In this document: one piece after another, positions 49,661 through 59,855 of the stretch
Layout of the letters: every line of letters begins with the position of its first letter
Position numbering within the stretch: the first letter of the stretch is position 1
NCBI GenBank assembly: GCA_004195715.1
Contig: PSPX01000006.1
Coordinates: 9,524-73,523 of the forward strand
DNA: 64,000 nt
Source: Methanobacteriota archaeon
GTDB taxonomy: Archaea; Thermoplasmatota; Poseidoniia; Poseidoniales; Thalassarchaeaceae
Reading direction: 5' to 3'
The notes under the pieces: generated by a model
The model's input: only the letters and a program-made list of their open reading frames with translations
Told to the model about the DNA's origin: nothing
Database searches by the model: none
Translations under genes and position numbers: made by a program

Positions 49661-50677
49661 GTGGAGCTGTACGAAGGCGGATGGATGTATGACGGGCAGG
49701 CCTGTGATAGGCTTTGGAACAAATCCGCCATAGGTAGGCCAATGGAAGGGAGGAGACTTCTGCTTACTCCAGCAGAGGTGATTTTTTGCCATGATCATAG
49801 GCACGTAGACTGGCCGACTACAAATTGGTTGCAAGAAGCAGTTGGGGATTCGCCAAGGTTGCTTGATGAGGCTGTAGTGGTGGAATCTCTCAGAGTCCCT
49901 GGAAACAAGTTGGTCATCCATCAAAACTTCGATGCCCTTGAGTTAGCCTATGCCGACTCGACTTGGGGGCTCAGATGGACATCCGAGGGACATCCTAGGT
50001 CGGGAGACCCTGTTTCCGAGGTCAGATGGTTTCACGCCAGTGAACATCTCGATGTCGACGACCTATACGCTTGGTCGGAACGGGTTTCAAGCAAGGGTAG
50101 GATTCCTGAGATTCTTGTGGTCGATGACGAGCATGCAGTGGTTACCTACCGTGTAGCGAGAGCCGAGCCTGAAGGAATGATGGGGGGATTCACAGAAACA
50201 GACTTAGAGCATATCGCTGGACTCAGTGGTTCACCCTTGGACAACGGAGGGAGATTCATAGTAGATTCTGATAATTGGCCTGAAGAGAGGATTGGCGTGC
50301 CACACCCAGGAGGGAGAGTGTTAGACGCCAGTACGAACCAGATGATTGGTTCGCACAATGATGCTGGACGGGACGCAGTAGGAGCGGATATTCTGCGTGA
50401 CTTGCTTCGCAGAGGCCTGCATCCTCGTCCGGGCTTCAAGTATGGAACCAGATGGAGGTGCTATGACAGGACTCTTGGAGAAAGTCACGCTCCGTGGCTG
50501 GTTATACATCCTGCTGAAGCACCCCATGACTGGAGAGGGGCTTGCCTTGCCTCGAGATTAGCATCCGGAGTTGGCAAGACTTGGTTGCACCCGCTCCAAA
50601 TCGATGGAGTGTGGAGTTACCTATCGATAACAAGACCGCCGGCAGACTCACGGTGGAACAACCCGAATCGGAGATGA
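49661..50677 (+). CDS. endA: tRNA-splicing endonuclease, two-repeat (alpha2-type) EndA
   Basis: Catalytic-domain motif 'GFKYGTRWRCYDRTLGESHAPWLV' (G.K[FY]G.dF..Y.....HS.yLV consensus), plus an N-terminal degenerate repeat with 'ILVVDDEHAVVTY'. Confidence 0.65.
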   Translation: MELYEGGWMYDGQACDRLWNKSAIGRPMEGRRLLLTPAEVIFCHDHRHVDWPTTNWLQEAVGDSPRLLDEAVVVESLRVPGNKLVIHQNFDALELAYADSTWGLRWTSEGHPRSGDPVSEVRWFHASEHLDVDDLYAWSERVSSKGRIPEILVVDDEHAVVTYRVARAEPEGMMGGFTETDLEHIAGLSGSPLDNGGRFIVDSDNWPEERIGVPHPGGRVLDASTNQMIGSHNDAGRDAVGADILRDLLRRGLHPRPGFKYGTRWRCYDRTLGESHAPWLVIHPAEAPHDWRGACLASRLASGVGKTWLHPLQIDGVWSYLSITRPPADSRWNNPNRR

Positions 50678-52621
50678 TTAGTCAGATTCTGGGGGTAGTT
50701 GCAGTTGACTTCGTCCGCCAGAGACTATTGATATCGCCAGCAGCACGCAAATCACTAGCAGTCCGTTAGATGGTTCTGCCAACCAAGCGACCCAACCGTC
50801 ACCTGTGAATGGGGATTCGGCCTCTAGTAGCAATGGTATTCGCAACTCAGAGCCGTGACTGTCCGACAACACCAGATTACCCCTTGCTATCATGCCAGGC
50901 TCCATCAGCCCATCTGGCTCTATATCCAGTATGATGGAGTCGCCGGGAAAAAGAGAAATCGGAGTTGAAGTGGTAGCGATCCTAGCAGCCGCACCCTCGA
51001 CTGCGATGGAATACGTTCGCTCTTCCTCACCCTCGTACTCTAGCATGAGTTCTACTGAAGAGGAAGATTCCCATGCTACGACGACGTACAATTCCTCAAT
51101 GGACAATCTGTGACCTATGAGGAACCAATCCAGATCAATATTCGTCTTGACCTCGCCCTCACACCCAATGGTTCCACGCACACTTCCTGAATCACTGGTG
51201 CTGCTCGGATTGCCGAGTATTTCTATGTCGTACGTTCCGACTGGAATATCGATATACTCCTGTGTCGTTGAAAGAGATACTTCCAAGGTGCAAGCCTGTG
51301 AAGCGGTGATTCTTGCGTAAGTCAATTCGCCTGAAATGAACTGAATAGGGCCTCTCGGAGTCAGCACTTCCACTGATGATTCACCCTTGGGCTCTATCTC
51401 TACAGTTGCGGACTCTGAAGATATTGTAACCACTGTAGCAGACCACGTGACGAGCCTACCCCGATTATCTCGTATCATCATCCCATCAGCACCGAATTCG
51501 TCTCCCACCGAAAAGGCGTCTCCGACAGACCCCGAGTCCCTCGACCTCTGCAGGGCGTCATCGCCGTCCGCTTCGATAATCTTGACCCAGGCATTTTCAG
51601 GATCTGTGTTGACAAGGTTATCGGGCGCATTACCATTGTTGTCATCCGAATGCTCGACGATGATGCCATGACCAGGTAGTGCCGAGTCGAATCCGGAATC
51701 AGCCCTTAGGGTGATCCATATGGTTTCTCCTGGTGCTATTTCGATGGCCAAACCGATACCGCCATCTGATATCGGACCCAACACGAAACTTCCTCCAATG
51801 TCACCATCCACTAGAGTGGATCGTTTGGCTCCGATTAAATCGAGTGTCGCAGCTCCCGGCATCGATGGCACGGCTCCATTGCCGTTCCAGTTCCCACTTG
51901 CCATGATGTCCCAGTCGCCCAAGCCATTCCAACTTGAAGAAGGGAGGTCGCTGTGCACGTCGTAGAGGTCGTGTGCACCCATCTGATGGAGCATTTCGTG
52001 GACCACGGTCCCTATTCCCGAATCCAGAGAGGCAATGGTATAGTGACTCACGGACCAGTCTCCAATCTCAAAGGGCTCGTCAAGCCAAGACATGTGACTC
52101 CAAATCGCATTGGCCCCACTTCCTGACTCCTGGGCTCCACCAGAATGGAGAATAAGCAACCGGTCTACTGTCCCATCGTTATCGAAGTCCCACCTCGACA
52201 GGTCTATCCCAACAAGTAGAGCCTCTACAGATTCCTCGATTAGAGATGTGACTCCTATGTCTCGCTCATCGGTAGAATCTGCACCCCAGTGCCCCTCTGG
52301 ATGAGGGGATGTCCATATCTCAGAGACCTCGGTGATTATGAGGGAAGAATCGGAACCACTCATTTGTTCGATGTAACTTGCTGCAGAGCCGGCCCCTCTC
52401 AGCATTGAATCGGCCTTGCTCTGGGAGAACGGCTTCCCGGGGAATTGAACTCTTACAATCAACCATTCCTCCTCTTCCTGCAGACCTACCAGAGAAACGG
52501 GTTCGTCGCTCTGAACAGCTATTCCATCATCCACCCACCCATCAATGACATCAGAGTTGAGATTAGCCCAAACACCCATCAGAAGTATTGCCGCAGCAAG
52601 CACTACCCGGGCGGCGTTCAT
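50678..52621 (-). CDS. secreted zinc metalloprotease, M6 (InhA)-like, with a C-terminal TM anchor
   Basis: Signal peptide; 'TVVHEMLHQMGAHDLYD' (HExxH...DLYD, compare M6 'HE.GH.LGLPDEYD'); C-terminal 'LLVICVLLAISIV'. Confidence 0.55.
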   Translation of the reverse strand: MNAARVVLAAAILLMGVWANLNSDVIDGWVDDGIAVQSDEPVSLVGLQEEEEWLIVRVQFPGKPFSQSKADSMLRGAGSAASYIEQMSGSDSSLIITEVSEIWTSPHPEGHWGADSTDERDIGVTSLIEESVEALLVGIDLSRWDFDNDGTVDRLLILHSGGAQESGSGANAIWSHMSWLDEPFEIGDWSVSHYTIASLDSGIGTVVHEMLHQMGAHDLYDVHSDLPSSSWNGLGDWDIMASGNWNGNGAVPSMPGAATLDLIGAKRSTLVDGDIGGSFVLGPISDGGIGLAIEIAPGETIWITLRADSGFDSALPGHGIIVEHSDDNNGNAPDNLVNTDPENAWVKIIEADGDDALQRSRDSGSVGDAFSVGDEFGADGMMIRDNRGRLVTWSATVVTISSESATVEIEPKGESSVEVLTPRGPIQFISGELTYARITASQACTLEVSLSTTQEYIDIPVGTYDIEILGNPSSTSDSGSVRGTIGCEGEVKTNIDLDWFLIGHRLSIEELYVVVAWESSSSVELMLEYEGEEERTYSIAVEGAAARIATTSTPISLFPGDSIILDIEPDGLMEPGMIARGNLVLSDSHGSELRIPLLLEAESPFTGDGWVAWLAEPSNGLLVICVLLAISIVSGGRSQLQLPPESD

Positions 52622-52646
52622 GGACTTACGTCCATGAGTCCCTCTT

Positions 52647-53771
52647 TCAATCCAATGCAGAACCGGTCGTCTGCGAAGTCGAATCGGTGATGGATGCTGT
52701 TCTCCAAGACTTATCTGATGATTTAGGGTTGTCGAGCCAACCCAAACCGCTGTACTCGCAGCCGAGGGAGTCGAGGGTAGCCTTCAGATGTCCTGGTAAC
52801 GGAGCGGAATCACAACCGCCAATTATGAGTTTAGTGATTCCCCTGTGCAACACCAATTCAGTTACGGCAGCCTGTTCGGAGATATCTAGGCAAAGCGCAG
52901 TGCACCTCGGAGAGGCAATGCCAGAAGGAACAACGGCTGAAGGGAATCGTGGACATGCGCCCTCGCAACTGCAGTCTAGAAGGGCTAATCTGGTCACAGA
53001 CCCGTTCTCGGAAACGAAGTCTGCTGGCTCGAAGGATCTTCTACCTAGAGTGGCATGAGGCAGGGTGCTGGACAACATATCGGCGGCCAGCATTGCTGCC
53101 ACGGCTATCAACAGCCTCAGTCCCTCATATTCCGAAGGCAGTGTGAGGACGAGCAAACCCCCAAAAATCAACAGTAATCTTATCCTGAATCTGGTCTCTC
53201 CGCGTTCAACCAAACCGAGCAGTCGGGCCATCGACAGTGTGACTGTGGCGAGCATTGCGCAGATCATGACCCAAGAGAGGCCTATTGTGAGTCTGAAAAG
53301 CGCGCTCGCGTCGTACCTACTACCCACTCCCTCAAGGTGGTCCACAGACTGTGAGGTCTCTATCAGCAACGGTAGAAAGTAGACCCAACAGATGATGATT
53401 ATCATAGGGATGAGGATAGTGCTGATGCCTAGAATAAGAGTGAGCCACGATCGTTCTCTAGGCAATAGGCCCGGGCTAGCGAATCTCTGGAGTCTAATTG
53501 ATGCGAACGGCATGATTGTCAATATAGACAGCAGTATCGCCATCGACCACCTGATTTCCAACCAATCGAACGGAGAGTACACAGAGAGATTCATCGATGC
53601 AGCACCCAAGGGCAATGAATCCAACCAGAGACGCATCAGAGAGTCTGATCCGTAGGCCCAAACAATCGTTGCTAGAACCAGAAGGGTAGTTGATGCCCTG
53701 ATTATCCCATACAACTCCGAGAAGTGCTCCAATACTGGCCTAGGTCGGTCGGAAGACAGTTCCATCGACAT
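52647..53771 (-). CDS. tatC: twin-arginine translocase subunit TatC with a Cys-rich C-terminal extension of about 120 aa
   Basis: Six-TM core that is collinear with E. coli TatC ('SPFDW', 'FASPGLLPRER', 'LVERGETRFR...LTLPSEYEGL'). The tail is 'DCSCEGACPRF...PRCTALC...GGCDS...GCEY'. Confidence 0.6.
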   Translation of the reverse strand: MSMELSSDRPRPVLEHFSELYGIIRASTTLLVLATIVWAYGSDSLMRLWLDSLPLGAASMNLSVYSPFDWLEIRWSMAILLSILTIMPFASIRLQRFASPGLLPRERSWLTLILGISTILIPMIIIICWVYFLPLLIETSQSVDHLEGVGSRYDASALFRLTIGLSWVMICAMLATVTLSMARLLGLVERGETRFRIRLLLIFGGLLVLTLPSEYEGLRLLIAVAAMLAADMLSSTLPHATLGRRSFEPADFVSENGSVTRLALLDCSCEGACPRFPSAVVPSGIASPRCTALCLDISEQAAVTELVLHRGITKLIIGGCDSAPLPGHLKATLDSLGCEYSGLGWLDNPKSSDKSWRTASITDSTSQTTGSALD

Positions 53772-53773
53772 AC

Positions 53774-54883
53774 TCAGAGGATGTCCTTAACCTGCGGCTC
53801 GGACCTCGCGGCCAGAATAGTTCTGTACACGCCATAAGCGGCCCAAGCACTGAGGAAGAAAGCGCATCCGATAGCGAATACTGTCAGGTCGACCGCCCTA
53901 GTTCCCTCTTCAACGATGCTAGATGGTGGGAATGAAATTGAAGTGTCAGATGCCATCCAACGAACTCCGATGACGAAGGATGCGATGCTGAGGGCGGTCC
54001 TCCTGATCGCTTGCGGGTAAGCCAGTTCAGAAGCTAGGAACTCTGGACTCTCATCGTAACGACGCTCGAGCACTTCTCTTTGTACCACAGCACCGACTAT
54101 CAGAGCGGTCAGACTGGTCCAATATAGCAGGTTACCCTGCTCGTACACCCTTTGAGAGAGTGCATCTTGCCTCTCTGCCTCCTTCTCAGCTTCATTCTCC
54201 TCAATCACGAACAGTGTGTCGTAGTCCCCGACAGATATGGTTCTGGTCTCAAGAGTCGTTGTATCTTCACCCGAGGAAATAGTCCCAGGAGGGTTTATTG
54301 TGAAAGCCAGTAGGTTCCAGTAATCCATCTCATCCGGTACTCCTCCGCCATCAACAGAGTTACCTGCCAACCAGAAGTAAACTGATCCGATGTCTTCTGA
54401 GGGAGAAGTCCAACTGACTTCCCAAGTGCCATCTGGGTCTGGTTCAGAATGCGAAATATCGTTTTCGGCGCCATCGGCTTGTCGAATCTCCTGTTCTTCT
54501 GACCATGAAAAGACCCCCACTCCTTCGGAGGAGAGTAAAAAGCCGGCCTTAGTATTGCCATCTCCTCCAGAAAGAGTCAGTGGGTCTGCAACCCTGATTG
54601 TGAACTGATATGTTACATCGGTATCGTACATTACTGGGACCCCCGTAATCATGACAATTACCCTGTCAGAAGGGGCTCCGTTGTTATGGCAGGTGCAACC
54701 GTACTTCACAGTGAGATCATCATTACTGTTCAAAACACTCGGACCGCCACTCATGCCGAAGACGGGTATGGCCAGCAAACCAACTAGTATGAGGCACAGG
54801 GATACCCTAGTCGCCGCTCCTCGCATGGCCGCACCTGAAGTGCCCTCGTCAGTGGGAGTCTCATAACCGTTGCTCGGTCGCAT
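53774..54883 (-). CDS. secreted protein with a signal peptide and two C-terminal TM helices
   Basis: 'VSLCLILVGLLAIPVFG' signal and a beta-rich ectodomain containing 'KYGCTCHNNG'. There is a 2-nt gap to tatC. Confidence 0.4.
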   Translation of the reverse strand: MRPSNGYETPTDEGTSGAAMRGAATRVSLCLILVGLLAIPVFGMSGGPSVLNSNDDLTVKYGCTCHNNGAPSDRVIVMITGVPVMYDTDVTYQFTIRVADPLTLSGGDGNTKAGFLLSSEGVGVFSWSEEQEIRQADGAENDISHSEPDPDGTWEVSWTSPSEDIGSVYFWLAGNSVDGGGVPDEMDYWNLLAFTINPPGTISSGEDTTTLETRTISVGDYDTLFVIEENEAEKEAERQDALSQRVYEQGNLLYWTSLTALIVGAVVQREVLERRYDESPEFLASELAYPQAIRRTALSIASFVIGVRWMASDTSISFPPSSIVEEGTRAVDLTVFAIGCAFFLSAWAAYGVYRTILAARSEPQVKDIL

Positions 54884-54903
54884 CCCCTTGGGATGCGTAC
54901 GTC

Positions 54904-56331
54904 TTAGAGATCTTTGAGAGCGGAATTCAACTCGTTCATCATCTTCTTCCCATCGCCGAACAGCATCATCGTCTTGTCCATGTAGAACAAGTCGTTGTCG
55001 ACACCTGCATAGCCCACGGACAGGCTGCGCTTGATCATTACAACTACTCTCGCTTTGTCGACATTCAAGATTGGCATGCCAGCCAGAGGGCCCTCACCAG
55101 TTCGAGCGACGGGATTGGTGGTGTCGTTCGCTCCGATTACTAGGGCAACGTCGCACTCAGAGAATTCAGAATTGATGTCATCTATCTCTATCAACTGCTC
55201 GTACGGAACATTGGCCTCGGCCAACAGGACGTTCATGTGCCCCGGCATCCTTCCAGCTACAGGGTGGATGGCGTAGGAGATTTCGCATCCCTCGGCCTCC
55301 ATCATGTCAGCGAACTCCTTGACGGCATGCTGACTGTGACTGACAGCCATCCCATATCCAGGGACGACAATGACCTTCTGGGCACCATCGAGAACCATCG
55401 CAACCTCTTCGGGATCGCTGCCCACTTTGGTACGAGTCAACTGGTCCTTCTCTCCAGAACCTCCGAATGATTTGAAGAGAACGTCTGGCAACGTCCTGTT
55501 CATTGCCTTGCACATGATGAAAGTGAGAATCAGGCCGGCGGCCCCTACCATCGAGCCAGCGATAATGAGCACGTTGTTTCCGATGACGAATCCGGTGAAG
55601 GCGGCGGCAATACCCGAGAGGGAGTTGAGGAGGCTGACGACTACAGGCATATCAGCACCGCCAATCGGCATAACGAACAGTATTCCCAGCAAGCTGGATA
55701 ACCCAACAATACCCCAGATGTAGTCCTGGTTAGTCGGGTCACCAATAGTCAACCAGACGAGGTATAGGGAGCCTGAAAATAGTAGGATTTTTACCACATT
55801 TAGCCACGGTGGGCCCCAGGTTGGAAACCTGACCCACTTCTTACTGAGGGGAATTACAAATCCTCCCTTGAGCTTCATCATTGCTACTAGAGATCCCGTT
55901 AGAGTCATCCATCCGACCAGTCCGGACAGACCGATGGCCACCCATACCGCGTAGAGTTCGACTCCGGCGTCGGGAACATTACCCTCCTGTAATCTGCCTA
56001 GGACCTCTGAGAGTGCGACCAGTGCGGATGCGCCGCCGCCGAAACCGTTGAACAGCGCCACCAACTCTGGCATACCGGTCATTTCGACTTTTGTAGCCAT
56101 TAGAACGCCAATCAGAATGCCAATGGCTAGACCCCCTACTATCAGTTCCCAGCCAACCATTCCCTCAGAGTACATCCGGGCCAATGTCACAAGCACGGCG
56201 AGGAACATTCCCATAGCCCCCATTCTGTTACCCTGGGGGGCGGTTCGCGGGCTGGAGAGTTGCTTGATTCCTAGAATAAAGAGTGCTGCTGCCACGAGAT
56301 AGCCGATATCCCATACGGCGACGTTGACCAA
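54904..56331 (-). CDS. pntB: NAD(P) transhydrogenase subunit beta
   Basis: Membrane domain followed by the dIII NADP(H)-binding 'VIVVPGYGMAVSHSQHAVKEF...GANDTTNP'. Confidence 0.85.
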   Translation of the reverse strand: MVNVAVWDIGYLVAAALFILGIKQLSSPRTAPQGNRMGAMGMFLAVLVTLARMYSEGMVGWELIVGGLAIGILIGVLMATKVEMTGMPELVALFNGFGGGASALVALSEVLGRLQEGNVPDAGVELYAVWVAIGLSGLVGWMTLTGSLVAMMKLKGGFVIPLSKKWVRFPTWGPPWLNVVKILLFSGSLYLVWLTIGDPTNQDYIWGIVGLSSLLGILFVMPIGGADMPVVVSLLNSLSGIAAAFTGFVIGNNVLIIAGSMVGAAGLILTFIMCKAMNRTLPDVLFKSFGGSGEKDQLTRTKVGSDPEEVAMVLDGAQKVIVVPGYGMAVSHSQHAVKEFADMMEAEGCEISYAIHPVAGRMPGHMNVLLAEANVPYEQLIEIDDINSEFSECDVALVIGANDTTNPVARTGEGPLAGMPILNVDKARVVVMIKRSLSVGYAGVDNDLFYMDKTMMLFGDGKKMMNELNSALKDL

Positions 56332-56607
56332 TCACTTGCCCCCCTTTCGTCTCTTGCCGGCAATCATTTCCAGCATCTTGTTAGTGACCATAAAGCCACC
56401 AACCACGTTAATGGACGCCATAATCAAGGCGGCAAAGGCGAGCCAGGCAGCAGTACCTGGATCTCCTTCGTTGAATGCAGTGTTCGAGAGTATCAATGCG
56501 CCGACTATGGTTATCCCCGAGATTGCGTTAGCGCCGGACATCAATGGAGTGTGAAGAGTGGACGGGACCTTGCTTATCAGCTCGAACCCGAGGAAAATGG
56601 CAAGCAC
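56332..56607 (-). CDS. pntA: NAD(P) transhydrogenase subunit alpha part 2 (membrane)
   Basis: 'LGFELISKVPSTLHTPLMSGANAISGITIVGA' is typical of PntA-II. Confidence 0.75.
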   Translation of the reverse strand: MLAIFLGFELISKVPSTLHTPLMSGANAISGITIVGALILSNTAFNEGDPGTAAWLAFAALIMASINVVGGFMVTNKMLEMIAGKRRKGGK

Positions 56608-56648
56608 GAATACGGTTATGCTACCGATTAGTGCTGCAACGGTGAGGC

Positions 56649-57809
56649 TCAGTTTACCACCTCCGCGAGTCGAGATTGTTTTTCGTGAATCTGGCCGCCT
56701 GAGCAGACCAACACCCCTCCCATCCCAGTGACATGGAAGTCCGAATCTTCTGGGGCTCCGACTAGAACATCGTCATCCATACTGAGTACGAGTTCGCCGT
56801 CCTTGATCAGAGATAATACGAAATTGGTCAGATTATTTGAGTACAGCATGCTGGCAGTGGAGGCTATGGTGCCGGGCAAGTTCTCTATGCCGACAATTGT
56901 GACTCCATGCTCGACGACGACTTTGCCCGGCTGAGTGAGTTCACAGTTGCCTCCGACGTCGGCGTTCATATCCACAATGACTGCACCGTCCTTGAACGAG
57001 GCCACGGCGTCTTTTGGAACCGTAATTGGAGCGGGTCGGCCAAAGATACGCGCAGTCGTGACGATTACGTCAGCGTTCTTGGCGACTTCGCAAACAGTGT
57101 CATTGACCTTCTGGATGAACTCGGGTGTCAGCGGCTTGGCATATCCTGATTCATCCTCAAAATCGTCCATCCCTTCGACCTCGATGAAACGACCACCGAC
57201 AGACTCGATCTGCTCGGCTGCTGACTTTCTGACATCAGAGGCGTAGACGATGGCCCCGAGGCGTTTTGCTGTAGCGATGGCCTGCAAACCTGCGACACCA
57301 CTACCCATGATTACGAACTTGGCGGGCTTGACTGTTCCTGCACTAGTAGTCATCATCGGTATGACCTTTGAGATATAATCTGCCCCAATAAGCACGGCCT
57401 TGTATCCTGCTAGGTTGTCTTGACTGGAGTTCACATCCATGGACTGTGCTCGGGACAATCTGCGTGGAATCATGTCCATGCTCAACAGAGTGACTTCGTT
57501 GTCCACACACTGCCGGACCCTATCCGGATGACGGAACGGATCGGCCACGCACGCGATAATCTGGCCGCTGTTCATTTCAGAGGCGTCAGGCATGTGAATC
57601 GTCACTAGGATATCTGCTGCTACTGCCTCATCTCTCTGACCTACCTTAGCGCCTTTGGAAACATACTGTACATCTGAGTAGTTCGAACCTGCTCCGGCGC
57701 CTGATTCGACAACGACTTCGAATCCGGCCTTACTCAACTTGGGGACAGAATTGGGAACAATGGCGACTCTGTTCTCGCCTTCGGGTTCTAGCAGGACTCC
57801 GAGTCTCAA
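56649..57809 (-). CDS. pntA: NAD(P) transhydrogenase subunit alpha part 1 (dI, alanine-dehydrogenase-like)
   Basis: 'MRLGVLLE...NRVAIVP' and the NAD-binding 'KFVIMGSGVAGLQAIATAKRLGA'. Confidence 0.85.
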   Translation of the reverse strand: MRLGVLLEPEGENRVAIVPNSVPKLSKAGFEVVVESGAGAGSNYSDVQYVSKGAKVGQRDEAVAADILVTIHMPDASEMNSGQIIACVADPFRHPDRVRQCVDNEVTLLSMDMIPRRLSRAQSMDVNSSQDNLAGYKAVLIGADYISKVIPMMTTSAGTVKPAKFVIMGSGVAGLQAIATAKRLGAIVYASDVRKSAAEQIESVGGRFIEVEGMDDFEDESGYAKPLTPEFIQKVNDTVCEVAKNADVIVTTARIFGRPAPITVPKDAVASFKDGAVIVDMNADVGGNCELTQPGKVVVEHGVTIVGIENLPGTIASTASMLYSNNLTNFVLSLIKDGELVLSMDDDVLVGAPEDSDFHVTGMGGVLVCSGGQIHEKQSRLAEVVN

Positions 57810-57995
57810 TCTGTCACTTCCGCTGTTTGAGCCGTAGGCTCAGTCTCCTCAAGGCATTCGACCTGAGGGCGCTTATTGAAACCGTCGCCGGAAGATTCAG
57901 CGACTAAAGAGGGGTTACTGGGAGTTACAAGACGGCTAATGCGAGCATCACTAATGCTAAGTCCGGGACCGCTGGCGCTCCCAGCGAGGAATGCT

Positions 57996-58934
57996 ATGTC
58001 GAGAGGCGCTAGGAAAGTCGCAGTGATTGGAGCTGGGAACGTCGGTGCGACCTGTGCCTTCGTACTAGCTCAGAAGAACATAGGAGAGATTGTGATGCTC
58101 GATATCTACGAGGGATTCGCTAAGGGGAAGGCTCTCGACATGAGTCAAGGAGGACAGGTACTCAACTACGATGGAAAGATTATCGGCACCAAAGACTACA
58201 GAGACATCGCTGGAGCCGATGTTGTTGTAGTGACCTCGGGATTCCCCCGGAAGCCTGGCATGTCTCGCGAGGATCTGGTCGGAAAGAACGCCGACATCAT
58301 CTCCGAGGTCGGAGCGGGTATTCGAGAGCATGCGCCCGACTCTGTCATTGTCATGGTTACCAATCCACTTGACCTGATGACCTACCATATGCAGAGGGTT
58401 ACTGGATTTCCTCCTGAGAGGGTTGTTGGACAGGCTGGAATACTGGATTCAGCCAGGATGACTCATTTCATCGCTGAAGAACTAGGAGTGTCTAACGAAG
58501 ATGTTCAGGCGATGGTACTCGGTGGCCACGGCGACACAATGGTGCCACTTCCCCGGTACACCACCGTTTCGGGCATCTCAATCACCCAATTGATGGATGC
58601 TGAAACCATAGATGCCATCTGCAAGCACACTGCGAGCGGCGGTGGAGAGATCGTTAAGCTGCTTGAGAAGGGCAGCGCCTTCTACGCGCCCGGCTCGGCA
58701 GCGGCGATAATGGCTGAGTCAATCCTCAATGACAGAAAGCGCAGCCTGCCGTGCAGCGCCTACTTGAACGGGCAGTACGGTCTTGATGACATCTACATCG
58801 GTGTACCCGTAGTGCTTGGCAAGAACGGTGTGGAACGGATAATCGAGCTTGAACTAGAGGAATTCGAGCTTAAAAGTCTCCATGAATCAGCCGAATTCTA
58901 CAAGAAACAACTCAGTGGAATCCTCGGATACTAG
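57996..58934 (+). CDS. mdh: malate dehydrogenase (LDH-like MDH)
   Basis: 'KVAVIGAGNVGATCAFVLA', 'IVMVTNPLD', 'GGHGDTMVPL'. The start was set at the ATG at 57996. Confidence 0.85.
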   Translation: MSRGARKVAVIGAGNVGATCAFVLAQKNIGEIVMLDIYEGFAKGKALDMSQGGQVLNYDGKIIGTKDYRDIAGADVVVVTSGFPRKPGMSREDLVGKNADIISEVGAGIREHAPDSVIVMVTNPLDLMTYHMQRVTGFPPERVVGQAGILDSARMTHFIAEELGVSNEDVQAMVLGGHGDTMVPLPRYTTVSGISITQLMDAETIDAICKHTASGGGEIVKLLEKGSAFYAPGSAAAIMAESILNDRKRSLPCSAYLNGQYGLDDIYIGVPVVLGKNGVERIIELELEEFELKSLHESAEFYKKQLSGILGY

Positions 58935-58972
58935 TCCGCTGGTTTCTTTCGTTCTGAGGGAGTGGGTCATGC

Positions 58973-59740
58973 GTGGAGAGACAGTGCGAGCACATCCACC
59001 TCGAACATGACGGCAAGCTGCTTCTCGTCGACATGGACGGGAATGGTCCCGCGATTCCGAAAAAGGGTAGAACCGAGTGGGACGGGGGTGACTTCCTGAT
59101 TAGGCTACCAACCCCTGAAGAAGCTGAGATTATGGGACTCAGGTGGAAGGAGAGGAGAATCAACAGATTTCGCCTCGGAGTGCACGACCACACGGTAATC
59201 GTCTCTACGCCCGATATCACATGGCCAGAGCACTGGGCATGGAAGGACGCTGTCATCTCTGACAGTGCCGTCGACCCGGTGGCACGCGAATCGGTCTATC
59301 GGACCCTGCACAGGGTAGTAAGTAAGGTTGTCATCACCAACACTGAGGGCAGGATACTGATGGTCAAAGTGACTAGGGGATTCTTCACTGGATGCTGGAC
59401 TCTTCCAGGTGGTTTCGTCGATTACGCAGAGCATCCTCGCAAGGGTGCCGAACGTGAGGCGCTCGAAGAGTTAGGAATCAACATCTCGATAGCCGATCCT
59501 AAGGGAGAATCAGGAGATCCCCTAGCGGGTGATGATGGGGCGCTCATCCAAGAGGCCATATTCCAGCAGGATGGGATCAACTGGATATCGTTCACTTACA
59601 AATGTCATGCAGATATTCCAGCGGAGGACATTGTGCCCAAGGATGATGAGATAGAGGAAGCCCGGTGGTTCACACGCAAGGAAGCTCTCGATAATGCAGT
59701 TTCACTCTTCGATATAGAAGCTATACAGCGAATCGAATAG
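58973..59740 (+). CDS. NUDIX hydrolase with an N-terminal extra domain
   Basis: Nudix box 'GCWTLPGGFVDYAEHPRKGAEREALEELGI' (GX5EX7REUXEEXGU). Confidence 0.7.
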   Translation: MERQCEHIHLEHDGKLLLVDMDGNGPAIPKKGRTEWDGGDFLIRLPTPEEAEIMGLRWKERRINRFRLGVHDHTVIVSTPDITWPEHWAWKDAVISDSAVDPVARESVYRTLHRVVSKVVITNTEGRILMVKVTRGFFTGCWTLPGGFVDYAEHPRKGAEREALEELGINISIADPKGESGDPLAGDDGALIQEAIFQQDGINWISFTYKCHADIPAEDIVPKDDEIEEARWFTRKEALDNAVSLFDIEAIQRIE

Positions 59741-59818
59741 TGGTGGGCCCGCCAGGATTTGAACCTGGGTCAAATCGTCCCAAACGATCTAGCATAGGCC
59801 AGACTAACCCACGGGCCC
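59741..59818 (-). tRNA. tRNA-Pro (anticodon UGG) with an encoded 3' CCA
   Basis: The reverse complement 'GGGCCCGTGGGTTAGTCTGGCCTATGCTAGATCGTTTGGGACGATTTGACCCAGGTTCAAATCCTGGCGGGCCCACCA' has a 7-bp acceptor stem, a T-arm CCAGG/CCTGG with loop TTCAAAT, and an anticodon loop TTTGGGA (U33, G37). The D-arm is somewhat atypical. Confidence 0.75.
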
Positions 59819-59855
59819 GCAGTCCTACCCACAGGAATGAGCGGCATGAAGGTTA

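Noticed and set aside
53774-54883. The 'KYGCTCHNNG' string in the secreted protein as a heme c attachment site, given CcmE nearby.
   Set aside because: It is CxCH, not the CxxCH required by System I maturation, and the protein has no other cytochrome features.
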